Source: an uncultured Verrucomicrobiota bacterium
Lineage (GTDB): Bacteria; Verrucomicrobiota; Verrucomicrobiia; Opitutales; UBA9783
Direction: 5' to 3'
DNA length: 64,000 bases
NCBI GenBank assembly: GCA_946186275.1
Contig: CAMHMO010000002.1
Location: 67,436 to 131,435 of the forward strand
In this document: in pieces, positions 1 through 8,909 of the stretch
Layout of the letters: the number at the start of each line of letters is the position of its first letter
Numbering within the stretch: the first letter of the stretch is position 1
Position numbers and translations under genes: made by a program
The notes under the pieces: generated by a model
What the model was told of the DNA's origin: nothing
The model's database searches: none
The model's input: only the letters and a program-made list of their open reading frames with translations

Positions 1-3000
1 GGACATCTGTTCGCGGAAGCGGAACGAAAGGCAACAACCGGCGAGACCATTCTTCTCCCCTGCCAGTTCTCACCGAATGAAAACGAACGCGACACGAAAC
101 CGTTGCTCGATTTCCTGAGAAAGCAACAGGAACAAAAGGAAAAAGAAAGGGAAGGAACCGAAGAGAAAAAGTCGACCGGTTTTAGGGTTAGTGAGGACGA
201 CAAAAGTGATAATGCCTTCTTGAAAAAAATAGGAGAAAAGGGCCTTAGGGAAGAAGACGGTGCCGTTTTGCTCGACGCGAGTGAGTTTGACGACGGCTTC
301 GTGTTGCGGAATTTTAACGGAGTCGTCAAAGCGGGTTTCGGCAACACGAAAAGTCGCAAAATCCTGATGAAGGGATTTGCCGAAGACACATGGAAGCGTT
401 TGGCGGCTCGCATTGTTACCGGTGCCGTAGAAAGTATTAATGAGCCGTGGGAACTCGGTATTGCCGGCGGTAAGGTTATTGAGGAAGACGAAATTCTCCG
501 TTTAGGGGGCGTCGCATCCGGTTTTCAACGTGATATTATTACGACAAGCGCCCGCGATGAACGCAAGGCACCCAAGTATGAAGACGGTACGCAAAGTGAT
601 TTTGACAGAGATTTTGCACAGTCGGAGGATACGGGGAAGCGTGTGCTTTGGTTCCGGTTCGGAGATCGTGACGCGTATGCCGAACAGATAAGCTTCTGTC
701 GCAACGAAGTAGCCGATTTGGACTGTGATGCATGCAGCCTTCTGTTGCGGCTTCGGGATGACGAATATGCAAAGAAGCCCGCGGGGAAGAAGACCGATGG
801 CGGGGAAGGCGGTTTTGATCTTAATACTGGAGGCGATCCGAGGTTGGACACGAAAGTGTGTATCGATGATGTTGAAACAACGTTTAGGGACGGCGTTTTC
901 GATCTGTTCAAATCGGAACTCACGGATAAGTGTGATTTTGATTTCAAACGTGTTCCGATGAGGTATTTGCCGTTGGCGGTTCAAAGAGGATGGGAGGTTG
1001 AGCCGATCGACGACACTTGTTTCCGTTGTTATCGCGGTTGCGATGACTATGACGAACGCGATCAAAAGGTTCCCGCTCCGTTCTTTGTTTCCGGGTGTGT
1101 CAAGGTTTCGGGTGAAAACGGTGATTGCCCGGTAAAGACCGCCGTTGCCGCGGATTATGAAATGCGCCTGACATCTTTTGTTTTGGTGCCGGACGGTGAA
1201 AAAACTTATTCCGTTGAGGTCGGAGAAGGGGTGCGACGCGAGATTAAAGCGAAACCGGGAACCGTCGAAGCAATCGATTTCGAAGATTCGAATATGATTG
1301 ACACAAAAATACGCGCCCGCCTGCTGTTTATTCGGGATACGGAAGAAGCGCGAAACGCATTGAAGGAGGCGCGCGTACTGTGCTCATACGATACGTTGAA
1401 GAACCGTGCCGTTTGGCGCAGTGCGTTGAAGTCTCGAACGGAGAGACGCCGCGATGAGGATTTCTACGGGAACGCAAAGCGTGGCATTGACATCGAAACC
1501 GTATCCGATGCCGTTCGCGAAATTCCGGCCGTTTTGAATGATAGTTCGAAAGGAAAATATTATTTGAGCGCGAAACTTCCGGAAGACGTGCGGGCTGTTG
1601 TCCGGTATGTGTTTGCACTCAGGGCGGCAAACGACGGTACCTGCGAGGCAAAGTGGGGGTCTGTCGACAATGACAAAAAAGAAGCGTTTGGGAAAGAACT
1701 TCGGGAATTTGTCCGTTCGTTCAACGAAACGCTGAGAGGAGATAAACTCTTGAGAGTTAATCAAGACGGCGACGGCATCGGAGGTTTTAGTCCGTTTATT
1801 TCCACCCCGGGCGAAGTGGTAGAGTCGGAGACGCTTGATTGGCTTGAGAAGAAGGTTGCGGAGGCGGTGAAAGACGCCGCGGCGCGCTGGATCCCGTGGA
1901 AGAAGTTTGTGTTCAAAGAGGGATTGAAGCCTTCGTCGGATTTGGTTGCGACGTTGCTGTCTCTTTACCCGAAGTTGTCCGTTGTTTGTGAAAGCAAACC
2001 GGATTGGCTGGAAACGGTTTCGGAAGAATTCAAGAAGAGCGTGCAGATTAAAAAAGTCGCGGGTAGAGGTGCGGTGTCATACCGTTTTCGTTCCCTGCAG
2101 GAAATTGCTCAATTGGGGCAGTTGTTGGAGACTCAAATTCAAGACGAAAGCGGAGTGTTTCAATATGATTCTCATATGGACAGCTTTCTGTCGTATGTCG
2201 TCGATCGAAAGGTGCTGTCGAAAGAATCGAAGGTGAGGTATTTTGACGCGAACTATACGGATGAAGTGTTGCTGTCATTCTTGAAAAATCCGAACATGAA
2301 TGAACATTTTGTCGGAATTCGAACGAAAAATGCTTGCGGCGATAGTGTCTCGAAGAGTTACTTGTGCATTAAAGAAGGTGAGGTGACAACGTGTTATCCG
2401 GGCGGTATTGGATGGAGCGCGGCCTCTCTTCGATCCAGAATTAAAAGACATGAAGGTGATAATCCAAATGACTTTTGTCAATTCGCCAATAAGGAAATTC
2501 GGGATTATGTGGGGGTTGATGATTTCGTTGAGGAGGCAATCCGTATCCGAAACCGGCAGTTTGTGGAAATGTCCTGGAGCTGTATCGCCGACGATGAAAA
2601 AGACGGATTAAAACAACGGTTGCTTCGGATCTGTATTGACGGCAATCCCGATGACTTCGTGAATACGGGGATAAAGATTAGATACGCAGACAATGGCGAG
2701 AAGAACTCTGTGAAAAAATTCCTGAAGAAAGTTGAACAATACGTTAACGGCAAGTTGCCCTATTCGGCGAAGTGTAAAATTTCGTTGAGTAATAACGGTA
2801 CGGGATTAACTTTCGTCGAAAATGATTTGCCGGAAGAAACGTGCGATACGCCCGCCGAGGCATTGCTCAAGGGTACCGCCTCGATACCGGCCTCATCGCA
2901 AGACAACGACCTCAAGACGAAAATGGATGCGTATGCAAAGGATGCGTCTCTGTTGGCGAAAGTCGGCAATCTGATTAGAGAGACTGACAGCGATCCGGTT

Positions 3001-6000
3001 CCGGAGGCGATTCCGTACGGGGGAGGCGATGCGGTTGCCTGCAGGGAAGAAATCGGACGTTGGTGTGTCGCATTGAACTGCTTTGCCGTTGTGATCGACG
3101 ATGAAGACACGGTAAGCTTTTATTCTCCGTATTGCAGCGGATCCGGTTCTTATTTGGCTCGCGGCTTGTTTATGCAGGGGGTGTCGCTTGAAGAAGCAAA
3201 GAAATACTTCTCGCAACGGATGCTGGAGAAGGCGGTTGTTTTGAAGCCGACGCACGGGAACCGGTGGTGTTTGTTGTCATCGCAGGCTCGGAAGTTATTC
3301 GTTATGCGGTTCAAGAAAGAATCTGTCGTGGCTTGTCCCTCTTTTGCTCCGTGCGGAAACACTCTTGAGAAGATGCCGGCTTTGAGTGCGAGCGGCGCCG
3401 AGACGGGCGAATTCCGAATGTTGACGGATGAGGATAAGAATGCCTTCAAAGTATATTCTCTGGTGTCTTCGAGGGATTTGCCGAATATGGCGTGGATGTT
3501 TAATCCGCGGGTTATGACGGAACGGCTGATCCGGGCAAAACGCGAGGCGGATGAGACGGGAAGCAGGAACACGTATGTGCTGTTGTGCAATCCGTGCAAA
3601 TCGTTCGCGAGTGATTTCCTGTCGTCTTTGCAAGAGACGAAAGAGGTTGAAGGCGCATCGGACGGGCGTTTTTGGATTTCCGTCCCGGAAAATGCGGATA
3701 TGACGGTTCCGGCGAATGCTTACGATTTCGGCGGAACGACGTTTGTGACGGAGCCGGTCGCGAATCCGAAGGGGCGGCGGTATCTTCGCTTTGCCAATGA
3801 CCGTGAGCTGGCCGTAAAGAACGCCAAAGTGACGGATGTGCGCGGAGTGGAAAGAAAGAACGGTTGCAATTGGTACCGACTGCGCGAGGTGCTGGATGCG
3901 AAGCGTTCCGAGTGGCATGAGGAAGCCAAGCGGGCAGACGAGGAAGCAAAGCGTGATGAGCTCAAACGGGCGTTTGAAGCCGGCGGCGAGATTGAGTTCA
4001 CGCAGGAGTTGTGCGATGCTCTCGGCGTAGAGAACGGGTTGTACGGGGTTATCGTTGAGGCGTTAAAGCCCGACGTTCCGAAGGTGACGAAACTGAAAGT
4101 GTCGTTTGATACTTACGAGGAGTGTACAAAGGCGATTCTGAGTTTTGGCAACTACATGCGGAACGCCACCGACGGAAGCAAAAATCTGCAGCTGGAAATC
4201 GTGCGGATCAATCACATTGCCGACGTTATTGACGGAACGGCCGCGGCTCCCAATGCCGAGGCGCGGAAAAATTGGTCCGAGTTTCAATCGGCAAAACACG
4301 GCGGTTTCCCGGAAGATCCGACGTGGTATATGGTTCACAAGTACATCAGTCAGCCGGGTATAACGGGATGGCTTAAGGGCGAGTATTCCGCGGAATCGAA
4401 AACCGGAACCGTTTGGTTTAATGCGGACAAACGGAAAGCGGAGCTGGAATCGCGAGAACTTGCGGAACGGGAAAAGGCGGCGAAAGCCCTCGAGGAGCAG
4501 CGAAAGAAGAATGAGGCATTGGATGATTTGCTGATAAATCAAAACACACTGCTGCAGACACTGGATGCCGGCGTGACCTTCGGGGAGATTCTCTCGAGAG
4601 ACGGGATTGATAATGAGTTTGACGCAACGGGAGTTGTCGATATCGAACGTCTGACAAGCTTGTATGATGCCATCGAAGGATGGCTGACGGAGAAAAACGA
4701 AGTTCCCCAATGGAGCTTTGTCAATGTCGATTTGAAATCCGCGCAGGTTTGGAAGAAGTTTGCGGAGCTTTCGGATAAAATAAGCGATGGGGCTGGCGAC
4801 GTCTTCATGCACCTTGACAGGCTGAACGGCAAAATCTGGTTTTCGGATTCCGTTGAGGTTGTCAATGGTATGCCGAAGTTACAGCTGACGGGTTGCGCTC
4901 TTGATTGGAACGCGAAAGACGCTCCCGATAAGCCTTCTCTGAGAGAATGGTGGTGGAATAACGCGAGTCTCGATAAGCTGGAACGGCTTACGAATGCGCT
5001 GGCGGAACTTCCGGGATTAAAGGTGGTTGATTTCACGGAGTTGTATAAAGTGAACGAAGGCCGGATCGATGCGGCATCATCCGTGAGAGACAGTGAATTG
5101 CATTGCTATCGCACGGAGGACGGACTGAAAGAGTTGGCGAAATGTTCCGGCGTGCACTTTGTTCTGTGTTGTGAGAAGGGTACCGAGAGGGCGACGGAAA
5201 TCACCATTGAGGATACCCGTTTGTTCGATTTTGGGCGTATAGACGAAGACGTCGATATGTTCCGTGTATCGGTGGATACGAAGGATCGCATTGTTTCGGA
5301 TCGTAACGGAACGTTGCTCTGGAATGCGTATGCGCGAGAGTTGCTGACGGGTCAGAAAGTCGTTGACGATGCGACCGATTTCTGGAAAAACAGAAGGGAG
5401 GCTCTCGGAGACGACGTATACGGGAAGGCCTTTGGTAGCTTTGCGGAGGCAATCTTTAACGCAATATCTCGGGAAGGAAAAGACATCGAAAAGATTTCGT
5501 TCAAGCGCGAAAGCGGCAATGAAACGGACAAAGCGATTTCGGGATGCGTCGGTTCAAAGTTCCTTTGGAATGTGTTGCGCGACAACCTGAATAAGTGTGT
5601 CGGTTTGGTATTTCATTGTCCTCCGGAGGGAAGTGCGGCATGGCACAATGAAGACGGCAATGATATAAGTGGGGCTCTCAGGCAAAAAATGCGGGACGAG
5701 TGGGGCTGGTCGGTTGAGGAATTCGCAGACTGTTGCGACATTACCGTGCAGGAGAAGGTTAACGGCGACGGCGACGGCGACGATAACAACAATGGCGACG
5801 GCGACGGTACGGGCGATCACAACAATGACGAACACGGAGCCGACGGGCATAATGACGGCGGAGGTGCCGGAGGCGGTGCGGGCGAAGATGAAAACGATAT
5901 GGGGTTGGATGCTTTCTTCAATTCGGCTGGGCCGCATGCCGGCGCACCGGGCGGTGTTCCGCCGGCGGGTGTTCCCGCCGGGCTTGCCGCCGGTGAGGTC

Positions 6001-6747
6001 TTTTCGAAAGAGGTCGGCGGCGTTTTTGACGGTTTTTGGATGCCGCGGCATCGGGAAGATCCTCGCGTGTTGGAACTTCTGCAATCTTTGAAAGACGGCA
6101 ATATCCGGCTTGGAGAGTTTATCGGTTTTGTAAAAGAAGCAAAGATTGATAAATTGGTTTTGCCGATTAGTTGTTTGCCCGACGCAATGAAGAACAAGGT
6201 TGTTGCCGTGTTCTCAAACTGTCCTGCTTTGACGGCAATGAAAGTCAGTGGCGACGCGAGTGCGATGCTGGGGTTGGTTGCTTCCTATGACGATGTTGGC
6301 GATTTTACTCTCATATCCAGGCGCACCGTTAGATTGCAAACACAAGGAGGAGGGAGTAATATGGTAATCTTATCTAAGATTGATGGCAATAAAACCAAGT
6401 ATGCTTTCGATAACGGATGCATCACGTGCGGAGATTTTATAGACGCATATAAGACGTTTGTGAATTCCGGGAGTGTTGATAAGACAAAGTGGATTTGCAT
6501 TAACCTGATTCAGCGTAATGAAAAGAAAAACTTCTTCTCGGGTTGCAGCTTGTCGGATTTTGTTCAAGAATTGTTGAGGATGGATGTGGCGCAGACAGGT
6601 TGGTGGCGGGTTATTGTTGACCTGACCTTTTGTGATGATGAGGAGTCCTTAAAGTCTCTGGTTGATATTAGGTATTGTTCGCACGACGGTACGGTAAGCA
6701 AAACGAGAGACGGGAATACGGCGTATCTGGTATTACAAAAGCGTTAA
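1..6747 (+). CDS. Giant ORFan protein with its 5' end outside the window (2248 codons open from nt 1; track ORF 103..6747 is 2214 aa)
   Basis: Frame 1 has no stop from nt 1 to the TAA at 6745-6747, so the TTG at 103 is probably not the true start. I recognise no catalytic or nucleotide-binding motif. The protein has Cys-rich stretches, a K/E coiled-coil patch, an acidic G/D/N tract (NGDGDGDDNNNGDGDGTGDHNNDEHGADGHND) and a P/G/A linker before a ~250-aa C-terminal domain. Confidence 0.75.
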   Translation, partial: GHLFAEAERKATTGETILLPCQFSPNENERDTKPLLDFLRKQQEQKEKEREGTEEKKSTGFRVSEDDKSDNAFLKKIGEKGLREEDGAVLLDASEFDDGFVLRNFNGVVKAGFGNTKSRKILMKGFAEDTWKRLAARIVTGAVESINEPWELGIAGGKVIEEDEILRLGGVASGFQRDIITTSARDERKAPKYEDGTQSDFDRDFAQSEDTGKRVLWFRFGDRDAYAEQISFCRNEVADLDCDACSLLLRLRDDEYAKKPAGKKTDGGEGGFDLNTGGDPRLDTKVCIDDVETTFRDGVFDLFKSELTDKCDFDFKRVPMRYLPLAVQRGWEVEPIDDTCFRCYRGCDDYDERDQKVPAPFFVSGCVKVSGENGDCPVKTAVAADYEMRLTSFVLVPDGEKTYSVEVGEGVRREIKAKPGTVEAIDFEDSNMIDTKIRARLLFIRDTEEARNALKEARVLCSYDTLKNRAVWRSALKSRTERRRDEDFYGNAKRGIDIETVSDAVREIPAVLNDSSKGKYYLSAKLPEDVRAVVRYVFALRAANDGTCEAKWGSVDNDKKEAFGKELREFVRSFNETLRGDKLLRVNQDGDGIGGFSPFISTPGEVVESETLDWLEKKVAEAVKDAAARWIPWKKFVFKEGLKPSSDLVATLLSLYPKLSVVCESKPDWLETVSEEFKKSVQIKKVAGRGAVSYRFRSLQEIAQLGQLLETQIQDESGVFQYDSHMDSFLSYVVDRKVLSKESKVRYFDANYTDEVLLSFLKNPNMNEHFVGIRTKNACGDSVSKSYLCIKEGEVTTCYPGGIGWSAASLRSRIKRHEGDNPNDFCQFANKEIRDYVGVDDFVEEAIRIRNRQFVEMSWSCIADDEKDGLKQRLLRICIDGNPDDFVNTGIKIRYADNGEKNSVKKFLKKVEQYVNGKLPYSAKCKISLSNNGTGLTFVENDLPEETCDTPAEALLKGTASIPASSQDNDLKTKMDAYAKDASLLAKVGNLIRETDSDPVPEAIPYGGGDAVACREEIGRWCVALNCFAVVIDDEDTVSFYSPYCSGSGSYLARGLFMQGVSLEEAKKYFSQRMLEKAVVLKPTHGNRWCLLSSQARKLFVMRFKKESVVACPSFAPCGNTLEKMPALSASGAETGEFRMLTDEDKNAFKVYSLVSSRDLPNMAWMFNPRVMTERLIRAKREADETGSRNTYVLLCNPCKSFASDFLSSLQETKEVEGASDGRFWISVPENADMTVPANAYDFGGTTFVTEPVANPKGRRYLRFANDRELAVKNAKVTDVRGVERKNGCNWYRLREVLDAKRSEWHEEAKRADEEAKRDELKRAFEAGGEIEFTQELCDALGVENGLYGVIVEALKPDVPKVTKLKVSFDTYEECTKAILSFGNYMRNATDGSKNLQLEIVRINHIADVIDGTAAAPNAEARKNWSEFQSAKHGGFPEDPTWYMVHKYISQPGITGWLKGEYSAESKTGTVWFNADKRKAELESRELAEREKAAKALEEQRKKNEALDDLLINQNTLLQTLDAGVTFGEILSRDGIDNEFDATGVVDIERLTSLYDAIEGWLTEKNEVPQWSFVNVDLKSAQVWKKFAELSDKISDGAGDVFMHLDRLNGKIWFSDSVEVVNGMPKLQLTGCALDWNAKDAPDKPSLREWWWNNASLDKLERLTNALAELPGLKVVDFTELYKVNEGRIDAASSVRDSELHCYRTEDGLKELAKCSGVHFVLCCEKGTERATEITIEDTRLFDFGRIDEDVDMFRVSVDTKDRIVSDRNGTLLWNAYARELLTGQKVVDDATDFWKNRREALGDDVYGKAFGSFAEAIFNAISREGKDIEKISFKRESGNETDKAISGCVGSKFLWNVLRDNLNKCVGLVFHCPPEGSAAWHNEDGNDISGALRQKMRDEWGWSVEEFADCCDITVQEKVNGDGDGDDNNNGDGDGTGDHNNDEHGADGHNDGGGAGGGAGEDENDMGLDAFFNSAGPHAGAPGGVPPAGVPAGLAAGEVFSKEVGGVFDGFWMPRHREDPRVLELLQSLKDGNIRLGEFIGFVKEAKIDKLVLPISCLPDAMKNKVVAVFSNCPALTAMKVSGDASAMLGLVASYDDVGDFTLISRRTVRLQTQGGGSNMVILSKIDGNKTKYAFDNGCITCGDFIDAYKTFVNSGSVDKTKWICINLIQRNEKKNFFSGCSLSDFVQELLRMDVAQTGWWRVIVDLTFCDDEESLKSLVDIRYCSHDGTVSKTRDGNTAYLVLQKR

Positions 6748-6765
6748 GAGTAAAGAAAGCTTGTT

Positions 6766-6808
6766 GGACGTCCGCTGAGGTGTGCCTCTGCGGACGTTCG
6801 TGTTTTTT
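6766..6808 (+). terminator. Rho-independent terminator after the giant ORF
   Basis: The stem GGACGTCCGC (6766-6775) pairs with GCGGACGT(T)C (6790-6799) and is followed by a T6 run at 6803-6808. It lies between convergent genes. Confidence 0.6.
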
Positions 6809-6857
6809 AAAAGCAGTCGAGGTAAGAGAACGGTCGGTTGTTCAACGGGGCAGTGCG

Positions 6858-7109
6858 TTATTCGTAATGTCCCCAACAACCCGCGAAGGCGATTCCATCC
6901 CCGTCCACGACATACACAAACCGGTGCTGTTCATTAATACGTCGCGAGTATGTATGTTCGTATCCGCGTAACTTTTCGTACGGCGGCGGATTTTGTTGAA
7001 AGGGATTTTTGCTCACTATCGCGATAAGACGCTTTATTTTAGGGAGCAGATGCGTATTCCTAGCCTTCTCGATATCCCGCATGAATTGCTTTTTGAAAAC
7101 AATTCTCAT
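6858..7109 (-). CDS. yoeB: YoeB/Txe-family type II toxin, copy 1 (83 aa)
   Basis: The core NPPPYEKLRGYEHTYSRRINEQHRFVY and the C-terminal CWGHYE match the YoeB/Txe pattern (..SRRI..qHRLVY.....GHY). Its start overlaps the upstream antitoxin stop as ATGA. Confidence 0.8.
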   Translation of the reverse strand: MRIVFKKQFMRDIEKARNTHLLPKIKRLIAIVSKNPFQQNPPPYEKLRGYEHTYSRRINEQHRFVYVVDGDGIAFAGCWGHYE

Positions 7110-7372
7110 ATTCCGAGCGCCTGAAAAACTTCCTCCGCGCTTTCGTACGCTTTTAATTTTCCATTGCGCGCCTCTTGAATGGCTTCCTTCGCCTCCTTAA
7201 TCCGTCGGTCGAGCTCTTCCTTGGAATACACCAAATCGTCATCGGCATCGCTGTTTTTTTCGATATAATCGGCAATACACTTGCTGACGCTGACCTGACG
7301 CCGATCGGCTTCCTTTTTCACCCGCCGACATAACCGCGGCGGTAAGGTAATGCATAAGCGTTCCGCTCTCAT
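7106..7372 (-). CDS. Ribbon-helix-helix (CopG/RelB-like) antitoxin, copy 1 (~88 aa)
   Basis: The N-terminus (MRAERLCITLPPRLCRRVKKEADRRQVSVSKCIADYIE) has an RHH-like strand-helix-helix pattern, the C-terminal half is acidic and helical, and the gene is ATGA-coupled to the toxin. The track ORF extends to 7546, but the upstream part has no support. ATGs at 7375 and 7372 are both possible starts. Confidence 0.7.
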   Translation of the reverse strand: MRAERLCITLPPRLCRRVKKEADRRQVSVSKCIADYIEKNSDADDDLVYSKEELDRRIKEAKEAIQEARNGKLKAYESAEEVFQALGI

Positions 7373-7379
7373 CATTTTG

Positions 7380-7408
7380 AGGATATGCGAATGTGCGTAT
7401 TGCGTCAA
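7380..7408 (-). promoter_or_regulatory. Sigma-70-type promoter of TA copy 1, probably leaderless
   Basis: The minus strand reads TTGACG (7408-7403), a 17-nt spacer, then TATCCT (7385-7380). The ATG at 7372 lies 7 nt after the -10 box, and copy 2 has the same geometry. Confidence 0.5.
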
Positions 7409-7424
7409 GGGGAAGGACAGAGGC

Positions 7425-7676
7425 TTATTCGTAATGTCCCCAACAACCCTCCAACAAAATATCTTCCCCTTTGAGGGAATACAACAATCGATGTTGTTCA
7501 TTGATGCGTCGCGAATACGTATGTTCGTATCCGCGCAATTTTTCATACGGCGGCGGATTTTGGAAGGGATTATTTTGTATCAATGCCACAAGTTTTTCGA
7601 TCGTGCGCGCCAATGGCGTCTTCCTTGCTTTTCGCCAATCTTTACAAAACTGCTTCGTGTAAATCACATTCCTCAT
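7425..7676 (-). CDS. yoeB: YoeB/Txe-family type II toxin, copy 2 (83 aa)
   Basis: The sequence is MRNVIYTKQF...NPPPYEKLRGYEHTYSRRINEQHRLLY...CWGHYE. It is the same length as copy 1, shares an identical 24-aa core, and has a diverged N-terminal half. Confidence 0.8.
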   Translation of the reverse strand: MRNVIYTKQFCKDWRKARKTPLARTIEKLVALIQNNPFQNPPPYEKLRGYEHTYSRRINEQHRLLYSLKGEDILLEGCWGHYE

Positions 7677-7926
7677 TGAGTGCCTTGAACATTTCATCAA
7701 CCGAACGGAAGGATTTCGCCTCTCCCCTTGCGTATTCCGCTTCGCCTTCCTTAATCCGTCGGTCGAGTTCTTCCTTGGAATACACCAAATCGTCATCGGT
7801 ATCGCTGTTTTTTTCGATATAATCGGCAATACACTTGCTGACGCTGACCTGACGCCGATCGGCTTCCTTCTTCACCCGCCGACATAACCGCGGCGGCAGG
7901 GTAATGCATAAACGTTCCGATCTCAT
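7642..7926 (-). CDS. Ribbon-helix-helix antitoxin, copy 2 (~94 aa)
   Basis: The sequence starts MRSERLCITLPPRLCRRVKKEADRRQVSVSKCIADYIEKNSDTDDDLVYSKEELDRRIKE. The first ~55 codons are nearly identical to copy 1 and the C-terminus is diverged. It overlaps the toxin start by 35 nt. An alternative ATG lies at 7932. Confidence 0.7.
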   Translation of the reverse strand: MRSERLCITLPPRLCRRVKKEADRRQVSVSKCIADYIEKNSDTDDDLVYSKEELDRRIKEGEAEYARGEAKSFRSVDEMFKALNEECDLHEAVL

Positions 7927-7933
7927 ACCCATA

Positions 7934-7962
7934 AAGATATGCAAATGTGCGTATGGCGTCAA
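7934..7962 (-). promoter_or_regulatory. Sigma-70-type promoter of TA copy 2, probably leaderless
   Basis: The minus strand reads TTGACG (7962-7957), a 17-nt spacer, then TATCTT (7939-7934). The ATG at 7926 lies 7 nt after the -10 box. Confidence 0.5.
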
Positions 7963-8242
7963 GGAGAAGGATATGCCGGCGGGCAAGGCGTCGTTTTGGC
8001 GAAATGAACCGTATGAAGTTGTCGCAGTATCCAAAAACATGAAGATTGTGAAAAACGGCGATACGGTGGTTTTTTTTGATATTTTCAGGGATGGAGCACG
8101 GAACACGAAGCGGATATTCGCTCAAATATCAGGCAAAGTCTTATCAATCGCAGGCGTTTTTTCTTTCGAAGCATGCGGTATGCTCCATAATAAATCAAGT
8201 ACGCCGAATGTTCGAAATTCTTTCGGACATTGGCGGTTATCC

Positions 8243-8875
8243 ATGGAAGCCTCTCTTTTGGCAAAGCACTTATTGGCGTTTTTTTTATTGCTCATCAGTT
8301 TGACGTTGCACGAATGGGCGCATGCGTGTGTGGCGTACCGTTGCGGCGACGAAACGCCGAAAGCGGCGGGGCGCGTGACACTCAACCCCCTGGTGCACAT
8401 CGACGTATTCGGCACCGTTCTGTTTCCTTTAATATGTATTTTCTCCCAAAGCGGGCTGTTGTTCGGTTGGGGGAAGGTCGTGCCGATGAACCCCCGAAAC
8501 TTCGACCGTCGATGGAAGTTTCTGCTTGCCGGCGGCGCGGGTATTTTCGGAAATTTACTCCTTTGCTTCATTGCATCGCTGTTATTGACGGTTGCGCCGA
8601 ATTTCGCCCTTATTGCCTTTGGTTTATTGCAACTAAACGCGGTTTTAATCGTCTTTAACATCATCCCCCTGCCGGGTTTGGACGGCTTTTATCTTTTACA
8701 AGCTCTGAAACCTTTATCGACCGAAACCGTTCGCTTTTTGGAACGTTGGGGCTTTCTAATTTTACTGTTTCTTATCCAAGTACCCTTCGTACGCATGATA
8801 CTGATGATAACGGTCGAAGGGATTATGAACGCCTTTATGGTATTGAGTGCCGCGCTTTTCGGGATGTTGCACTGA
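8243..8875 (+). CDS. Site-2 protease family (peptidase M50) membrane metalloprotease
   Basis: It has an HEWAH (HExxH) motif in the first TM helix, the second signature FNIIPLPGLDG (NxxPxxxLDG), and a multi-TM profile. I chose the start at the ATG at 8243, just before the first TM helix. The track start at 7904 would add 113 unsupported residues. Confidence 0.8.
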   Translation: MEASLLAKHLLAFFLLLISLTLHEWAHACVAYRCGDETPKAAGRVTLNPLVHIDVFGTVLFPLICIFSQSGLLFGWGKVVPMNPRNFDRRWKFLLAGGAGIFGNLLLCFIASLLLTVAPNFALIAFGLLQLNAVLIVFNIIPLPGLDGFYLLQALKPLSTETVRFLERWGFLILLFLIQVPFVRMILMITVEGIMNAFMVLSAALFGMLH

Positions 8876-8909
8876 AAACAATATCACGTTTTTCGACAAA
8901 CGCCTTTTT

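Noticed and set aside
5761-5900. The GD-rich tract as RTX calcium-binding repeats
   Set aside because: It lacks the GGxGxDxUx nonapeptide periodicity and is only about 45 residues long. I treated it as an acidic linker.
502-6567. Antisense and alternative-frame ORFs within the giant ORF (for example 502..1065, 3295..3918, 4063..4812, 5554..6084)
   Set aside because: All lie fully inside a 6.7-kb uninterrupted frame, and their products have no recognisable features and are R/P/S-rich. They are typical spurious ORFs.
7904-8242. N-terminal 113-codon extension of the M50 protease ORF
   Set aside because: The extension overlaps the TA copy 2 antitoxin and its promoter on the other strand and has no protease-family features. 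The family normally starts just before the HExxH transmembrane helix, so I used the ATG at 8243.
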